Assembly: GCA_965250195.1 (NCBI GenBank)
Contig: OZ252295.1
Span: forward strand, 654,269 to 718,268
DNA length: 64,000 nucleotides
Direction: 5' to 3'
Source: Dehalococcoidia bacterium
Lineage (GTDB): Bacteria; Chloroflexota; Dehalococcoidia; Lucifugimonadales; UBA2962
Shown: positions 8,472 to 17,606 of the stretch, in pieces
Position numbering within the stretch: position 1 is the first letter of the stretch
How the letters are laid out: each line of letters opens with the position of its first letter
Translations under genes and position numbers: made by a program
The notes under the pieces: generated by a model
The model's input: the letters and a program-made list of their open reading frames with translations, nothing else
Told to the model about the DNA's origin: nothing
Database searches by the model: none

Positions 8472-9875
8472 CTAAAGAGCCGGGCGGCGCAGGTGGTGAT
8501 CGGTCGCCTGCTCGTAGGCATAGGCGGCCCGCAAGATGGTGGCCTCCTCGAACGGCCGACCGGCTAACTGCAACCCGGACGGCAACCCCGCTTTCGTAAA
8601 GCCACAAGGCACCGAGATGGCCGGGAGGCCCGTGAGGTTGTAGGGACCCGTATAACTGGGCATCGTTGTGACGGCAGTTCCTGGCCCGTCGTCGTGCCTC
8701 GGCGCTACTACCGCGAAGGTCGGTGAGGCGATCATGTCTACGCTCGTCAGCGCCTCAGCGTACTGGCGTTTAAGCACGTTGCGGGCCCGCTGGGCTCCGA
8801 CGTACTCGGCCATGGAGAAAAGCCCCCCTACACGAAACTCCGCCCTGTTCAGGTCGCCGTACAGTCCCGGCCGTTCGGCCAAATTACGTTCATGGAATGC
8901 GTAACCTTCTCCCAGCAAGATCACCAGGGCCGCGGCATCGGAAATTTCCAGCGCCGGGATTGTTATCCCCTCTACTTTTGCCCCCAGCTTCTCCAATTCC
9001 CCGATGGCCTTTTCGGCCAGCTCCAGGGGTTCGGGTTGTACGAATGGCATGTCTCCGTCAAAGAAGAAGTGGCGCGGGACGCCGACTCGCAGTCCCTCGA
9101 TGCCGCCCCCTAAAGCGCTGGCGTAGTCGGGCACCGGCTCGCCGGAGCTGGTCGGGTCATCCGGGTCGTACCCGGCGACGGCTCCGAGCATGAGCGCAGC
9201 GTCTTCCACTGTCCGGGTTATCGGCCCGGCGTGGTCCAGCGTCCAGCTAAGGGGCAGGACGCCGTGGCGGGACACGCGCCCGTAGGTCGCCTTGAGGCCG
9301 ACCACGTTGCAGAACGCCGCCGGGGCCCGGATCGAGCCCCGCGTGCATGAGCCCATTGTGCCCATGGCCAGCCCGGCCGATGCCGCCACGGCGGAACCGT
9401 TGGAGGAGCCGCCTGCGCCGTGCTCCAGGTTCCACGGATTGTTGGGGATGGGATATCCGTTGGACGGGTCCGGCCCCCCGGCGGCGTTCTCGCTCATGGC
9501 CAGCTTGCCCAGCAGCACCGCACCCGCCTCGCGGAGCCGGGCGGCGACGGTGCCGTCCGACTCCGGCACCCGATCGGCAAACACGCGGGAGCCAGAGGTG
9601 GTGGCGACACCGCCGGTGTCGAAAAGGTCCTTGAGGGCGATGGGGATGCCGTGCAGCGGGCCCCTGCGCTCGCCCGCGACCAGCTCGGCCTCGGCATGAG
9701 CCGCCTGCTCCATCGCAAGGTCCGCGGTAACGGTGATGTATGCGTTCAGCTTCGGGTCGAGTTTTTCGATACGGTCCAAAAAGGCCCTGGTCAGTTCGAC
9801 GGGGGACAGGGACCCGTTTTCGATCAGGCGTCCGGCCTCGGCGATCGCCAGGTGGTGCAAAGGGGTGGTCGTCAA
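8472..9875 (-). CDS. amidase-signature family amidohydrolase (GatA/AtzE-like)
   Basis: GGSSNGSAVAASAGLAMGTMGS and KDLFDTGGVATTSGS motifs. The TTG start at 9875 overlaps the upstream gene's TGA (TTGA). Confidence 0.85.
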   Translation of the reverse strand: MTTTPLHHLAIAEAGRLIENGSLSPVELTRAFLDRIEKLDPKLNAYITVTADLAMEQAAHAEAELVAGERRGPLHGIPIALKDLFDTGGVATTSGSRVFADRVPESDGTVAARLREAGAVLLGKLAMSENAAGGPDPSNGYPIPNNPWNLEHGAGGSSNGSAVAASAGLAMGTMGSCTRGSIRAPAAFCNVVGLKATYGRVSRHGVLPLSWTLDHAGPITRTVEDAALMLGAVAGYDPDDPTSSGEPVPDYASALGGGIEGLRVGVPRHFFFDGDMPFVQPEPLELAEKAIGELEKLGAKVEGITIPALEISDAAALVILLGEGYAFHERNLAERPGLYGDLNRAEFRVGGLFSMAEYVGAQRARNVLKRQYAEALTSVDMIASPTFAVVAPRHDDGPGTAVTTMPSYTGPYNLTGLPAISVPCGFTKAGLPSGLQLAGRPFEEATILRAAYAYEQATDHHLRRPAL

Positions 9876-10069
9876 GACCGGTCCCGGGTTGGCTCTGGCT
9901 CGGGGGAGAAGGCGATGGCCATCTCGTCGTCAGCAAGTTCGAGATCGCGAAGCGGCCGAAGGACGTCCATCGCCGCCTCGAACCGGGCCTTCAAATCGGC
10001 GAACTCGGCATCATCGAGGCTGAACCCGGCCCTGTCGGTCAGGGCCTTAAAGTGGGCATCGTCCATCAT
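9872..10069 (-). CDS. small acidic helical protein, GatC/AtzG-like partner of the amidase (tentative)
   Basis: 65 aa. Its stop overlaps the amidase start. The pattern GFSLDDAEFADLKARFEAAMDVLRPLRDLEL resembles GatC/AtzG-type helper subunits. The assignment rests on pattern and position only. Confidence 0.5.
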   Translation of the reverse strand: MMDDAHFKALTDRAGFSLDDAEFADLKARFEAAMDVLRPLRDLELADDEMAIAFSPEPEPTRDRS

Positions 10070-10109
10070 CGCCTCCTATTTTCGAATATTCGACTTTTTC
10101 GAAAAGCCG

Positions 10110-11291
10110 TTACCCGTCGTGCAGTTCTCCGAAATTACGCATGGGGAACTGCCGGTAGCCGTGAGGTTCCAGTGCCGCTTCGTCAAGATCGATGCCCAGG
10201 CCCCGTCCAGAGGGAACGGCTATGTGGCCGTCTTTCACACTGAACGGCCTGTCGGCGATCTCACGGGAAACGGCGTCCAGATTGACGAAGTATTCGGTTA
10301 TCACGAAGTTGGGCATTGCCGCTGACGCATGCGCCGTGGCCGCCAATCCGATGGAGGTGCTGTTGTAGTTGTGCGGCGCGACTCCTACGAAGTAAGTTTC
10401 GGCCGTCGCTGCTATTTCACGCATCTCCAGAATGCCGCCTACGTTGCATACGTCGGGGTTGATGATGTCGGCGGCTCCCGTCTCGAAGACCCGCCTGAAC
10501 TCGAACTTGGAGTAGAGCTCCTCGCCGGTAACTACCGGGATGCGGATTTCGGACCGGGCCTCCACCAGCGCCTCCATGTTCTCTGCCAACACCGGCTCCT
10601 CGAACCAGAAGGGCTCGTAGGGCTCAAGCCCTCGGGCCAGGCGCACGGCGTGCATGGGGGCCAGTCTACGGTGCACTTCTACCAATATGTCGATGTCGGG
10701 GCCTACGGCCGCCCGAACTGCGGCGACGTTTGCGATGGCGCATCGCTCCACATCCCGGTCTATGTAAGATCGCCAGGGGCCCGGTATCGGGTCGAACTTG
10801 AGGGCACCGAAGCCCATCTCGACCGTCTCTGCCGCGCGCTCGGCAAGCTCGGAGGGTTCGGTGGCACCGCCGTACCAGCCGTTGGCGTAGACCCGGAGCC
10901 GGTCCCGTACGGGGCCGCCAATGAGGGTGGCAACAGGCGCGCTGAGGGCCTTGCCGGAGATGTCCCACATGGCCTGCTCGAGGCCGCTGAGGGCGCTGAA
11001 CAGGTCCATCGAGCCGCGCCGGGCGGCGACGTCGTCGTAGACGATCTGGGTGAAGTTCTTGATCTGCGCCGGGTCACGCCCGATGAGATAGCGTGCGAGC
11101 TGCTCGACGTGGGCGACGATCTGGGTGTCCCTATCGGACTGGGTGTAGCACTCGCCCCAGCCATGCAGGCCCTCGTCGGTGACTACCTTTACGAAGCACA
11201 GGTTTTTCGCACCGGCCCCGTACGCGGGCCCATTCGCGGCCCCGCCGCCGCCGGGGTGCACGAGAAATGTCTTGACGCCGGTAACTAGCAT
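10110..11291 (-). CDS. enolase-superfamily (mandelate racemase/muconate lactonizing; acid-sugar dehydratase-like) enzyme
   Basis: FVKVVTDEGLHGWGE, ALKFDP, PFWFEEP and GEELYS metal-ligand contexts. 393 aa. Confidence 0.8.
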   Translation of the reverse strand: MLVTGVKTFLVHPGGGGAANGPAYGAGAKNLCFVKVVTDEGLHGWGECYTQSDRDTQIVAHVEQLARYLIGRDPAQIKNFTQIVYDDVAARRGSMDLFSALSGLEQAMWDISGKALSAPVATLIGGPVRDRLRVYANGWYGGATEPSELAERAAETVEMGFGALKFDPIPGPWRSYIDRDVERCAIANVAAVRAAVGPDIDILVEVHRRLAPMHAVRLARGLEPYEPFWFEEPVLAENMEALVEARSEIRIPVVTGEELYSKFEFRRVFETGAADIINPDVCNVGGILEMREIAATAETYFVGVAPHNYNSTSIGLAATAHASAAMPNFVITEYFVNLDAVSREIADRPFSVKDGHIAVPSGRGLGIDLDEAALEPHGYRQFPMRNFGELHDG

Positions 11292-11310
11292 GACGCTGCT
11301 ACCCCGCGCT

Positions 11311-11709
11311 CTAGCGCTTGGTGTACTGGGGCGCTTTGCGGGCCTTTTTCAGGCCGTACTTCTTGCTTTCCTTGACCCGCGAGTCTCTCGTCAGCAATCC
11401 GGCTCTCTTCAGCGCCGGCCTGTACTCGATATCGGCAACGAGGAGAGCCCTGGCGATGCCGTGACGCAGGGCGCCGGCCTGGCCCGTCGGGCCGCCACCG
11501 GAGACTTTTGCCACAACTCGGAACTGGCCACCTACTCCGGCCACTCGGAACGGTGCGTCGATCATCTGCTGCAGGGCCCGAATGGGAAACGCCTCTTCCA
11601 CGGGCCTGCCATTGACCACGATCGGCCCACGCTCTCGATACACCCTGACCCTGGCGACGGCTTCTTTGCGTCGGCCGGTGCCGTAATAGTAAGTCTGCTG
11701 GTCTACCAA
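11311..11709 (-). CDS. rpsI: 30S ribosomal protein S9
   Basis: [16 protein letters not shown] ... [12 protein letters not shown] terminus. Confidence 0.95.
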   Translation of the reverse strand: MVDQQTYYYGTGRRKEAVARVRVYRERGPIVVNGRPVEEAFPIRALQQMIDAPFRVAGVGGQFRVVAKVSGGGPTGQAGALRHGIARALLVADIEYRPALKRAGLLTRDSRVKESKKYGLKKARKAPQYTKR

Positions 11710-11767
11710 CTCGGTCTCCTCGTCATGCTAACGCTCCCATGACCCCGAGAACTCAGGGTGATGGCGT

Positions 11768-12505
11768 TCATTCGGCCTGGGCCGATTGCAGCGCCTCGAT
11801 TATATCGGCTTTGCGCGCCTTCGACGGCACTGTCACGCCCCGCTCCTGCGCCAGTTCCCGGAGCTTGGCGACGGTCAGGCTCGCAAGATCGTCGGTCGGC
11901 GCCTCCGGCTCCGGTGACGCGGCCTCGGGCTCCTGCGCGACGGGCTCTTGTGGGACGGGCGCTTCGGACTTCTTCGGCCCGGCTGTAGGCTTGGGCTTGG
12001 GCGTCTTGGGGATCTTGGGCTCGGTCACGGCCTCGGGCCTGGCGGTGTTCGCGCCCTTGCCCAGTTTCACGCCTTTGGCGGCGTTGACCTGGGCTTGGTG
12101 AGGGTGCTCCTCGCCGACGTACAGCTTCAGACGCAAGAGCATGTGCCGCCCCAGGGTGTTTTTGGGAAGCATCCCTTTGACGGCCTTTTTCAGGGCCCGT
12201 GTCGGGTCCTTCGCCAACACGTCGCCCAGCGTCTCCTCGGTAAGACCGCCGTGGTACCCGCTATGGCGATAGTACTTCTTGGCCGCCAGCTTGTTGCCGG
12301 AAACGCGGAACTTGTCGGCGTTGACGACCACTACGAAGTCGCCCGACACGAGATGCGGCGTGTAGCTGGGCTTGTGCTTGCCCTGAAGCAGCGTGGCGAT
12401 CTCGGTCGAGATCCTGCCCAGGGTCTTTTCACGGGCATCAATTACATGCCATTCGGCGGTCAGGTCCGATTGCCTGACGTTGTGCTGTTTCATTATCGTC
12501 GTCAT
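11768..12505 (-). CDS. rplM: 50S ribosomal protein L13 with ~105-aa C-terminal extension
   Basis: The L13 core covers aa 1-140 ([28 protein letters not shown]...). It is followed by a KP-rich linker and [30 protein letters not shown]. Confidence 0.9.
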   Translation of the reverse strand: MTTIMKQHNVRQSDLTAEWHVIDAREKTLGRISTEIATLLQGKHKPSYTPHLVSGDFVVVVNADKFRVSGNKLAAKKYYRHSGYHGGLTEETLGDVLAKDPTRALKKAVKGMLPKNTLGRHMLLRLKLYVGEEHPHQAQVNAAKGVKLGKGANTARPEAVTEPKIPKTPKPKPTAGPKKSEAPVPQEPVAQEPEAASPEPEAPTDDLASLTVAKLRELAQERGVTVPSKARKADIIEALQSAQAE

Positions 12506-12514
12506 CGTCTTTAC

Positions 12515-13282
12515 TCAGCCTATCGTTTTGTTCAGCCCGAATTCCTCGGGGTATCGTACTTCTACCAGATTCAGGCCTTGCGGCGGCATGGAATGTGCGA
12601 CCGCTCGTTTTTCGGTTCCACCCAGCAGTCCGGCGACCTCATCGGCGCTCATTCTGCCACGGCCGACGTCCACAAGGGCGCCGACCATTCTCCGTACCTG
12701 GTGCGGGAGGAATGCGTTTCCTTCCACTGCTATGTCTATTCGCTCTCCTTCGAGTTCTATGTCGATTCGGCTCACGGCTCTCACCGTACTCGCGTCCGGC
12801 CGGGCAAGCGGCCCGGCAAATCGGGCGAAGTCGTGGCTTCCGACCATCAACTTCGCCGCCTTACGCATCCTGTCAACGTCCAGCGAGACAGGGACCACCG
12901 CCGCCGAGCGCTCGGCCAACGGCGATCGGCTCGCCCGACGCAGCAACGTGTAACGGTACCTGCGCGACACCGCGGCTCTCCGGGGGTCGAAGCTCTCCGG
13001 CACCTCACTCACCCGTCGCACCGCCACGTCCCTGGGCAGGTGGAAGTTCATGCCCGCCGCGAAGCGTTCGGCGCCCAGTTCAGATGCCGTTTCGAATGCC
13101 ACCACCTGCCCCGAGGCATGTACCCCGGCGTCGGTCCGGCCCGCCCCGGCGATCCGGACGGTCTCGCCGGTCAGTCGCCCGATGGCGCTCTCCAACTCGG
13201 CCTGGACTGACAGTGCGTTCGCCTGGAACTGGAACCCGCTATAACGAGTGCCGTCGTATTCAATTATTAATGCAAGCCTCAC
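12515..13282 (-). CDS. truA: tRNA pseudouridine(38-40) synthase
   Basis: MRLALIIEYDGTRYSGFQFQ ... GAGRTDAGVHASGQV catalytic Asp motif. Confidence 0.9.
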   Translation of the reverse strand: MRLALIIEYDGTRYSGFQFQANALSVQAELESAIGRLTGETVRIAGAGRTDAGVHASGQVVAFETASELGAERFAAGMNFHLPRDVAVRRVSEVPESFDPRRAAVSRRYRYTLLRRASRSPLAERSAAVVPVSLDVDRMRKAAKLMVGSHDFARFAGPLARPDASTVRAVSRIDIELEGERIDIAVEGNAFLPHQVRRMVGALVDVGRGRMSADEVAGLLGGTEKRAVAHSMPPQGLNLVEVRYPEEFGLNKTIG

Positions 13283-13323
13283 CCAAATCTCGGGTGCATG
13301 GGCCCCGGCTTTCGCCGCCTGGA

Positions 13324-13677
13324 CTAGGGGACCAGCTCGATGAGGGCCATGGGGGCTGCGTCGCCCTTGCGCATGCCGATTTTTACGGTTCGGGTGTATC
13401 CACCGGGCCGGTCGGAATATCTCGGGCCAAGCTCTTCGAAGAGCTTGGCCACGACCGACTCGTCGGTGAGGAACGCGGCCGCCTGCCTACGCTGGTGCAG
13501 CGTCCCTTTCTTGCCACGGGTGATGGTTTTTTCGGCCAGTCGCCTGATCTCCCGCGCCTTGGCGTGAGTGGTCTCAAGCGATTCGTTGCGCAGGAGGTTG
13601 GTCACCGCCCCCCGCAGCATTGACATACGGTGCGCGGTCGGCCTGCTCAGTGCGGAGCCAGCTACTCGGTGCCTCAA
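13324..13677 (-). CDS. rplQ: 50S ribosomal protein L17
   Basis: A TTG start at 13677 sits 6 nt after AAGGAGG and gives MRHRVAGSALSRPTAHR..., the canonical L17 N-terminus. The track ORF extended to 13803 would overlap rpoA. Confidence 0.9.
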   Translation of the reverse strand: MRHRVAGSALSRPTAHRMSMLRGAVTNLLRNESLETTHAKAREIRRLAEKTITRGKKGTLHQRRQAAAFLTDESVVAKLFEELGPRYSDRPGGYTRTVKIGMRKGDAAPMALIELVP

Positions 13678-13696
13678 TTCAGTCCTCCTTAGACAC

Positions 13697-14788
13697 TTAG
13701 GGAGAGCCTTCGGGCCCGGAGCCCGCCGGGACTTCAGTGGCCGCACCAGACTCGTCGCCTGAGCCGTCTCCCTCTTCCCCGTCTTCGCTCGCCTGCGGCT
13801 CATCGCCGAACTCTGGCAGGGGAAGGTCCATCTCCGTCAGTTTCTCATTCAGCTCTGTCAACGATTTCTCGCCGAAATTGCGAATCTGCAACAGCTCGCT
13901 GGGCTTCATGGAAAGCAGCTGGCCGACCTTGTCCAGACCGGCGCGCTTGAGGCAATTGAGGGTCCGGGACGAGAGTTCGAGCCTCTCGACCGGGATGTTG
14001 TATTGCTCCGGCGAGATTCGCAGGGTAATCGGCGGGCCCTCTACTCCCCCGGCCTCGCCCTCCTGGGCGTTGGTGAACAGGAAGAAATGGGTGATGAGTA
14101 TGTTCGCGGCCTGCTTGACGGCCTCCACCGGCGAAATGGACCCATCCGTCCAGACCTCCAGCACCAGGCGTTCGAAGTCCGTCCGGCGGCCGACCCTGGT
14201 GGGCTCGACGCTGTAGTTGACCTTGCGAATGGGGGTGAAGATGGCGTCGACCGGCAATACGCCGATGGGCAGGTCTTCACCCAGTGCCGCCTCCTTGTAG
14301 CCCACGCCAGGCTCGACATTGAACTCCACAGACAGTTTGGCTTGATTGGAGGACAGGCTGGCCAGGTGCAACTCCGGGTTGACCACCTCGAAGTCGGAGG
14401 AGGCCATGATGTCGGACGCGCTCACCTCACCTTGCCCCGACACCTCCAGCCGGAGCTTGCCGGGGCGATCCACCTCCGACCGCAGCCGGATGCCCTTGAC
14501 GTTGAGGAGGAACTCGGAGACCTCCTCTTTGACGTGAGGGATGGTGGTGTACTCGTGCAGTACTTCGTCGATCTTCACCCACGTAATTGCGGTACCGTCG
14601 AGCGACCCGTAGAGGATGCGCCGCAGCGGGTTGCCCAGCGTAATGCCGTAGCCTCGCTCGAGCGGCTCCACCGCGAACTTACCGTAGCTGTCGTCGCTTT
14701 CCAGAACCGTGATCTGAGGACTGGGGATCGGCTCCTCTTCCTCAATGGGCAGTTCATTCGGGATTAATGTCTGAAATTCCAGGACCAT
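13697..14788 (-). CDS. rpoA: DNA-directed RNA polymerase subunit alpha (acidic C-terminal tail)
   Basis: N-terminal domain GYGITLGNPLRRILYGSL. The CTD has LELSSRTLNCLKRAGLDKVGQL. There is an extra ~35-aa acidic tail. Confidence 0.95.
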   Translation of the reverse strand: MVLEFQTLIPNELPIEEEEPIPSPQITVLESDDSYGKFAVEPLERGYGITLGNPLRRILYGSLDGTAITWVKIDEVLHEYTTIPHVKEEVSEFLLNVKGIRLRSEVDRPGKLRLEVSGQGEVSASDIMASSDFEVVNPELHLASLSSNQAKLSVEFNVEPGVGYKEAALGEDLPIGVLPVDAIFTPIRKVNYSVEPTRVGRRTDFERLVLEVWTDGSISPVEAVKQAANILITHFFLFTNAQEGEAGGVEGPPITLRISPEQYNIPVERLELSSRTLNCLKRAGLDKVGQLLSMKPSELLQIRNFGEKSLTELNEKLTEMDLPLPEFGDEPQASEDGEEGDGSGDESGAATEVPAGSGPEGSP

Positions 14789-14877
14789 GCCTGCTTACAC
14801 CTCTTAGTCTTCTTGGAAGGGCTACATGGCCAACAGCCCGGCGTTACCGCCGAACCGAGAGCGCATGACCCGTTTCG

Positions 14878-15507
14878 TTACTTCGAATAAAACTCCACTA
14901 TGAGCCGAACATCGATGTCGGAATCCAGGTGCTCCGCCGTGGGCTCACCCAGTACCTCCGCCGAACCGGCTCCCTGGTCGGGCTTGAGCCAGCCCGGTAC
15001 CGTTCGCTTGGACCCTGAGTCCATTATTGTTTTTGCAAAATCGGGTAGAGAGCCGTTGCTCGCTTTCCACTGTACGACGTCCCCGGGCTCCACCAGATAC
15101 GAGGGGATGTCCATTCGGCGGCCGTTGACCGTGAAGTGGCCGTGATTTACGAGCTGCCTGCCCTGCTTTCGCGACTCGGAGAATGACAGCCTGAACACGA
15201 CGTTGTCGAGCCTGCGCTCCAGTAGCTGAAGGAGAATGTCGCCGGTCACGCCGGTCCGCTCTCGGGCCATCTCGAAATAGTTGTGGAACTGGCGCTCCAG
15301 TACCCCGTAGGTAAAGCGCGCCTTCTGTTTTTCCCGCAACTGCAACGACCAGTCGGTTGCCCGCCTGCGCCTCAGGCTGCGGTCGCCCGGGGGTTTCTTG
15401 CGTCGCTCGACGGCGCAACGGGGCGTGTAGCACCGCTCGCCTTTGAGGAATAGTTTCTCACCTATGCGCCGGCACTGCCGACAGCTTGGATCCGTATACC
15501 TTGCCAT
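14878..15507 (-). CDS. rpsD: 30S ribosomal protein S4
   Basis: MARYTDPSCRQCRRIGEKLFLKGERC... S4 N-terminus and S4 RNA-binding domain. Confidence 0.95.
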   Translation of the reverse strand: MARYTDPSCRQCRRIGEKLFLKGERCYTPRCAVERRKKPPGDRSLRRRRATDWSLQLREKQKARFTYGVLERQFHNYFEMARERTGVTGDILLQLLERRLDNVVFRLSFSESRKQGRQLVNHGHFTVNGRRMDIPSYLVEPGDVVQWKASNGSLPDFAKTIMDSGSKRTVPGWLKPDQGAGSAEVLGEPTAEHLDSDIDVRLIVEFYSK

Positions 15508-16449
15508 TTAGTTAGCCGAGCCCGACCCGCCGCCAGAGGTTAGTCCCTCTTCGACGTCGATCTGATGCCCGCTGCCTCCTTCCTCGTGTTCCGTTTCCCG
15601 CTCACGCGTCGGTCCGTGTTGACCGGGCTGAGTTGTTCCGTTCGCCACGCCCACCGGGGCGAGCGCGAGTTCTGATTCCAATATTTGCAGGCTGAAGTCC
15701 TCGCGCCTGTTCCTCAGATCGAGGTACATCAGCGCGTAACCGATAGCTATGATCGGCGGGACCACCACTACCGAGATCGCCGTTCCGGCCCATCCAATAA
15801 AAACGGCACTGCTAGAACTGTCGCCAAACACCGTTTCCGAAATGATCCCCGGTACCAGGGCGATCAGCAGGCTCACGCCGATGGCCACCAACCACAGGGC
15901 CAATAGGAACCCGAAGACCCGCCACCAGCTACCGGCAACCAGTTTTCGGCTTCTCTTGAGCGCCGCGACCATCCGGCTCTTTTCTACCACGACCACCGAC
16001 GAGCCAAAGGACCATGTCACGGCGTACGCGAGAACGGCCGCGAATGGCACGATGATGATGATGGTTGGCGCCGCGAGAGTCATAACGATTCCCAGCCCGA
16101 CGGACACCGCCAGGACGGCGGCAATCCGTGGCAGAACGCGTTGATAGGCCTCGCGCACGTCTATTCGACGCCGAAGGTAGTGCTGCCCCACCGCCACGAC
16201 TCCCGCGCCCGCCACTATGGAGACACCGACGAACAACAGTAATGCGGCGGCAATGTACGCCCACAGGCTGGTCAACCCAACCAGCAGCGAAAACGCGGCC
16301 GCAGGCACCATCGCCACCCCGGACAGGAGCATGAACTGGCGGGGATGCCGGAGGTAGATATCCATGGTCGCCAAGAGCAACTCGAACGAGCCGCGCTCTC
16401 TGAGCGTGGCTGCGTTACCGGCTACCGGACTGTGTCGTACCAATTCCAT
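15508..16449 (-). CDS. polytopic integral membrane protein of unknown function (GlpQ-membrane-domain/DUF975-like by pattern)
   Basis: 313 aa with about 6 hydrophobic helices, YALMYLDLRNRRED after the last helix, and an acidic/Gly-rich tail. Its ATG lies 9 nt after the rpsK stop, and its TAA abuts the rpsD ATG (TAAATG). Confidence 0.7.
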   Translation of the reverse strand: MELVRHSPVAGNAATLRERGSFELLLATMDIYLRHPRQFMLLSGVAMVPAAAFSLLVGLTSLWAYIAAALLLFVGVSIVAGAGVVAVGQHYLRRRIDVREAYQRVLPRIAAVLAVSVGLGIVMTLAAPTIIIIVPFAAVLAYAVTWSFGSSVVVVEKSRMVAALKRSRKLVAGSWWRVFGFLLALWLVAIGVSLLIALVPGIISETVFGDSSSSAVFIGWAGTAISVVVVPPIIAIGYALMYLDLRNRREDFSLQILESELALAPVGVANGTTQPGQHGPTRERETEHEEGGSGHQIDVEEGLTSGGGSGSAN

Positions 16450-16458
16450 GCGTCCTGG

Positions 16459-16845
16459 CTAAACTCTTCGCCGCTTTCGGGGGCGACAGCCGTTGTGCGG
16501 CAGGGGGGTGACGTCGCGAATCGAGGTGACCGCGATTCCCGAGGCGATGAGCGCCCGGACGGCGGCCTCTCGACCGGCCCCGGAACCGCGCATGAGCACG
16601 TCGACCTCTCGCAGGCCCTGCTCCTTGCCCTTGCGGGCCGCGTCTTCGGCAGCTCGTTGGGCGGCGAAGGCTGTTGACTTGCGCGAGCCCTTGAAGCCCG
16701 CGGTGCCCGCGCTGCCCCAGCACACGACTCCCCCGGTGAGATCGGTGATCGTAACGATGGTGTTGTTAAAGGTTGACTGGACGTAGGCCCTTCCGACGGG
16801 GACGGACGTGCGGTCTCTCCTCTTGGTGCGTGATCTTTTTGCCAT
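16459..16845 (-). CDS. rpsK: 30S ribosomal protein S11
   Basis: [18 protein letters not shown] ... [15 protein letters not shown]. Confidence 0.95.
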   Translation of the reverse strand: MAKRSRTKRRDRTSVPVGRAYVQSTFNNTIVTITDLTGGVVCWGSAGTAGFKGSRKSTAFAAQRAAEDAARKGKEQGLREVDVLMRGSGAGREAAVRALIASGIAVTSIRDVTPLPHNGCRPRKRRRV

Positions 16846-16848
16846 GAC

Positions 16849-17232
16849 TTACTTGGTCTTCGCTCTCTGGCCCCGACCGGCGACCGGGCGCCTGGGACCG
16901 CGTTTTGCCCGGGCGTTCGTGCGCGTGCGCTGCCCGTGCGCGGGTAGCCCCCGACGATGCCGCTGACCCCGATAAGAGCCGATGTCGATGAGACGCCTGA
17001 TGTTGAGGTTGACCTCTCGGCGCAGGTCGCCTTCGACGGTCAACTCCCGCTCAATGATCTCCCTGATCCGCACGAGGTCCGTCTCGCTCAGGTCGCGGAC
17101 CCGGGGATTGTCGGCGACCCCGACCCGGTCGAGTACCTCTCGGGCCTGGTGAGGGCCGATGCCGTAAATGCGTGTGAGCGAGTACTCCACGCGCTTGTCG
17201 TCGGGGATGTTCACCCCTGCCACTAGTGCCAT
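16849..17232 (-). CDS. rpsM: 30S ribosomal protein S13
   Basis: The internal ATG at 17232 gives [26 protein letters not shown], the canonical S13 start. The longer track ORF would overlap rpmJ. Confidence 0.9.
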   Translation of the reverse strand: MALVAGVNIPDDKRVEYSLTRIYGIGPHQAREVLDRVGVADNPRVRDLSETDLVRIREIIERELTVEGDLRREVNLNIRRLIDIGSYRGQRHRRGLPAHGQRTRTNARAKRGPRRPVAGRGQRAKTK

Positions 17233-17234
17233 GG

Positions 17235-17348
17235 TTAGCCCTGCCTCTGCTTGTGCCTGCGGTTCTCGCAGATTATGTGGACGCGACCCTTGCGCCGGAT
17301 GACCCGACACTTGGCGCACCTCTTTTTTACCGAAGCCGATACCTTCAT
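17235..17348 (-). CDS. rpmJ: 50S ribosomal protein L36 (zinc type)
   Basis: Hand-translated as [37 protein letters not shown] (37 aa). It is below the ORF-track length cutoff. Confidence 0.9.
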   Translation of the reverse strand: MKVSASVKKRCAKCRVIRRKGRVHIICENRRHKQRQG

Positions 17349-17363
17349 GTTGTTCCCAACTTT

Positions 17364-17585
17364 CTACCTGAAACGGTAGGTGATCCTGCCCCTGGTCAGG
17401 TCGTAGGGCGATAGCACGACCAATACCCGGTCGCCGGGGAGAACCCTGATGAAGTTCTTGCGGATTTTCCCCGAAATGTAGGCGTGTACCTCGTGGCCGT
17501 TGGCCAGCTCAACTTTGAACGTCGCATTACGCAGCGACTCCTTGATGAGCCCTTCGACCTCTATGGTGTCTGTTTTCTTAGGCAT
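17364..17585 (-). CDS. infA: translation initiation factor IF-1
   Basis: [47 protein letters not shown]. Confidence 0.95.
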   Translation of the reverse strand: MPKKTDTIEVEGLIKESLRNATFKVELANGHEVHAYISGKIRKNFIRVLPGDRVLVVLSPYDLTRGRITYRFR

Positions 17586-17606
17586 AATCGCTCTTATTCT
17601 GTGGCC

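Noticed and set aside
13678-13803. Long N-terminal extensions in ORF-track versions of rplQ (to 13803), rpsM (to 17319), rpsH (to 23293), rplW (to 29300) and actD (to 37669)
   Set aside because: Each extension is Arg-rich nonsense that overlaps the upstream gene. Canonical N-termini begin at internal starts (TTG 13677 after AAGGAGG; ATG 17232; ATG 23170; ATG 29180; ATG 37399).
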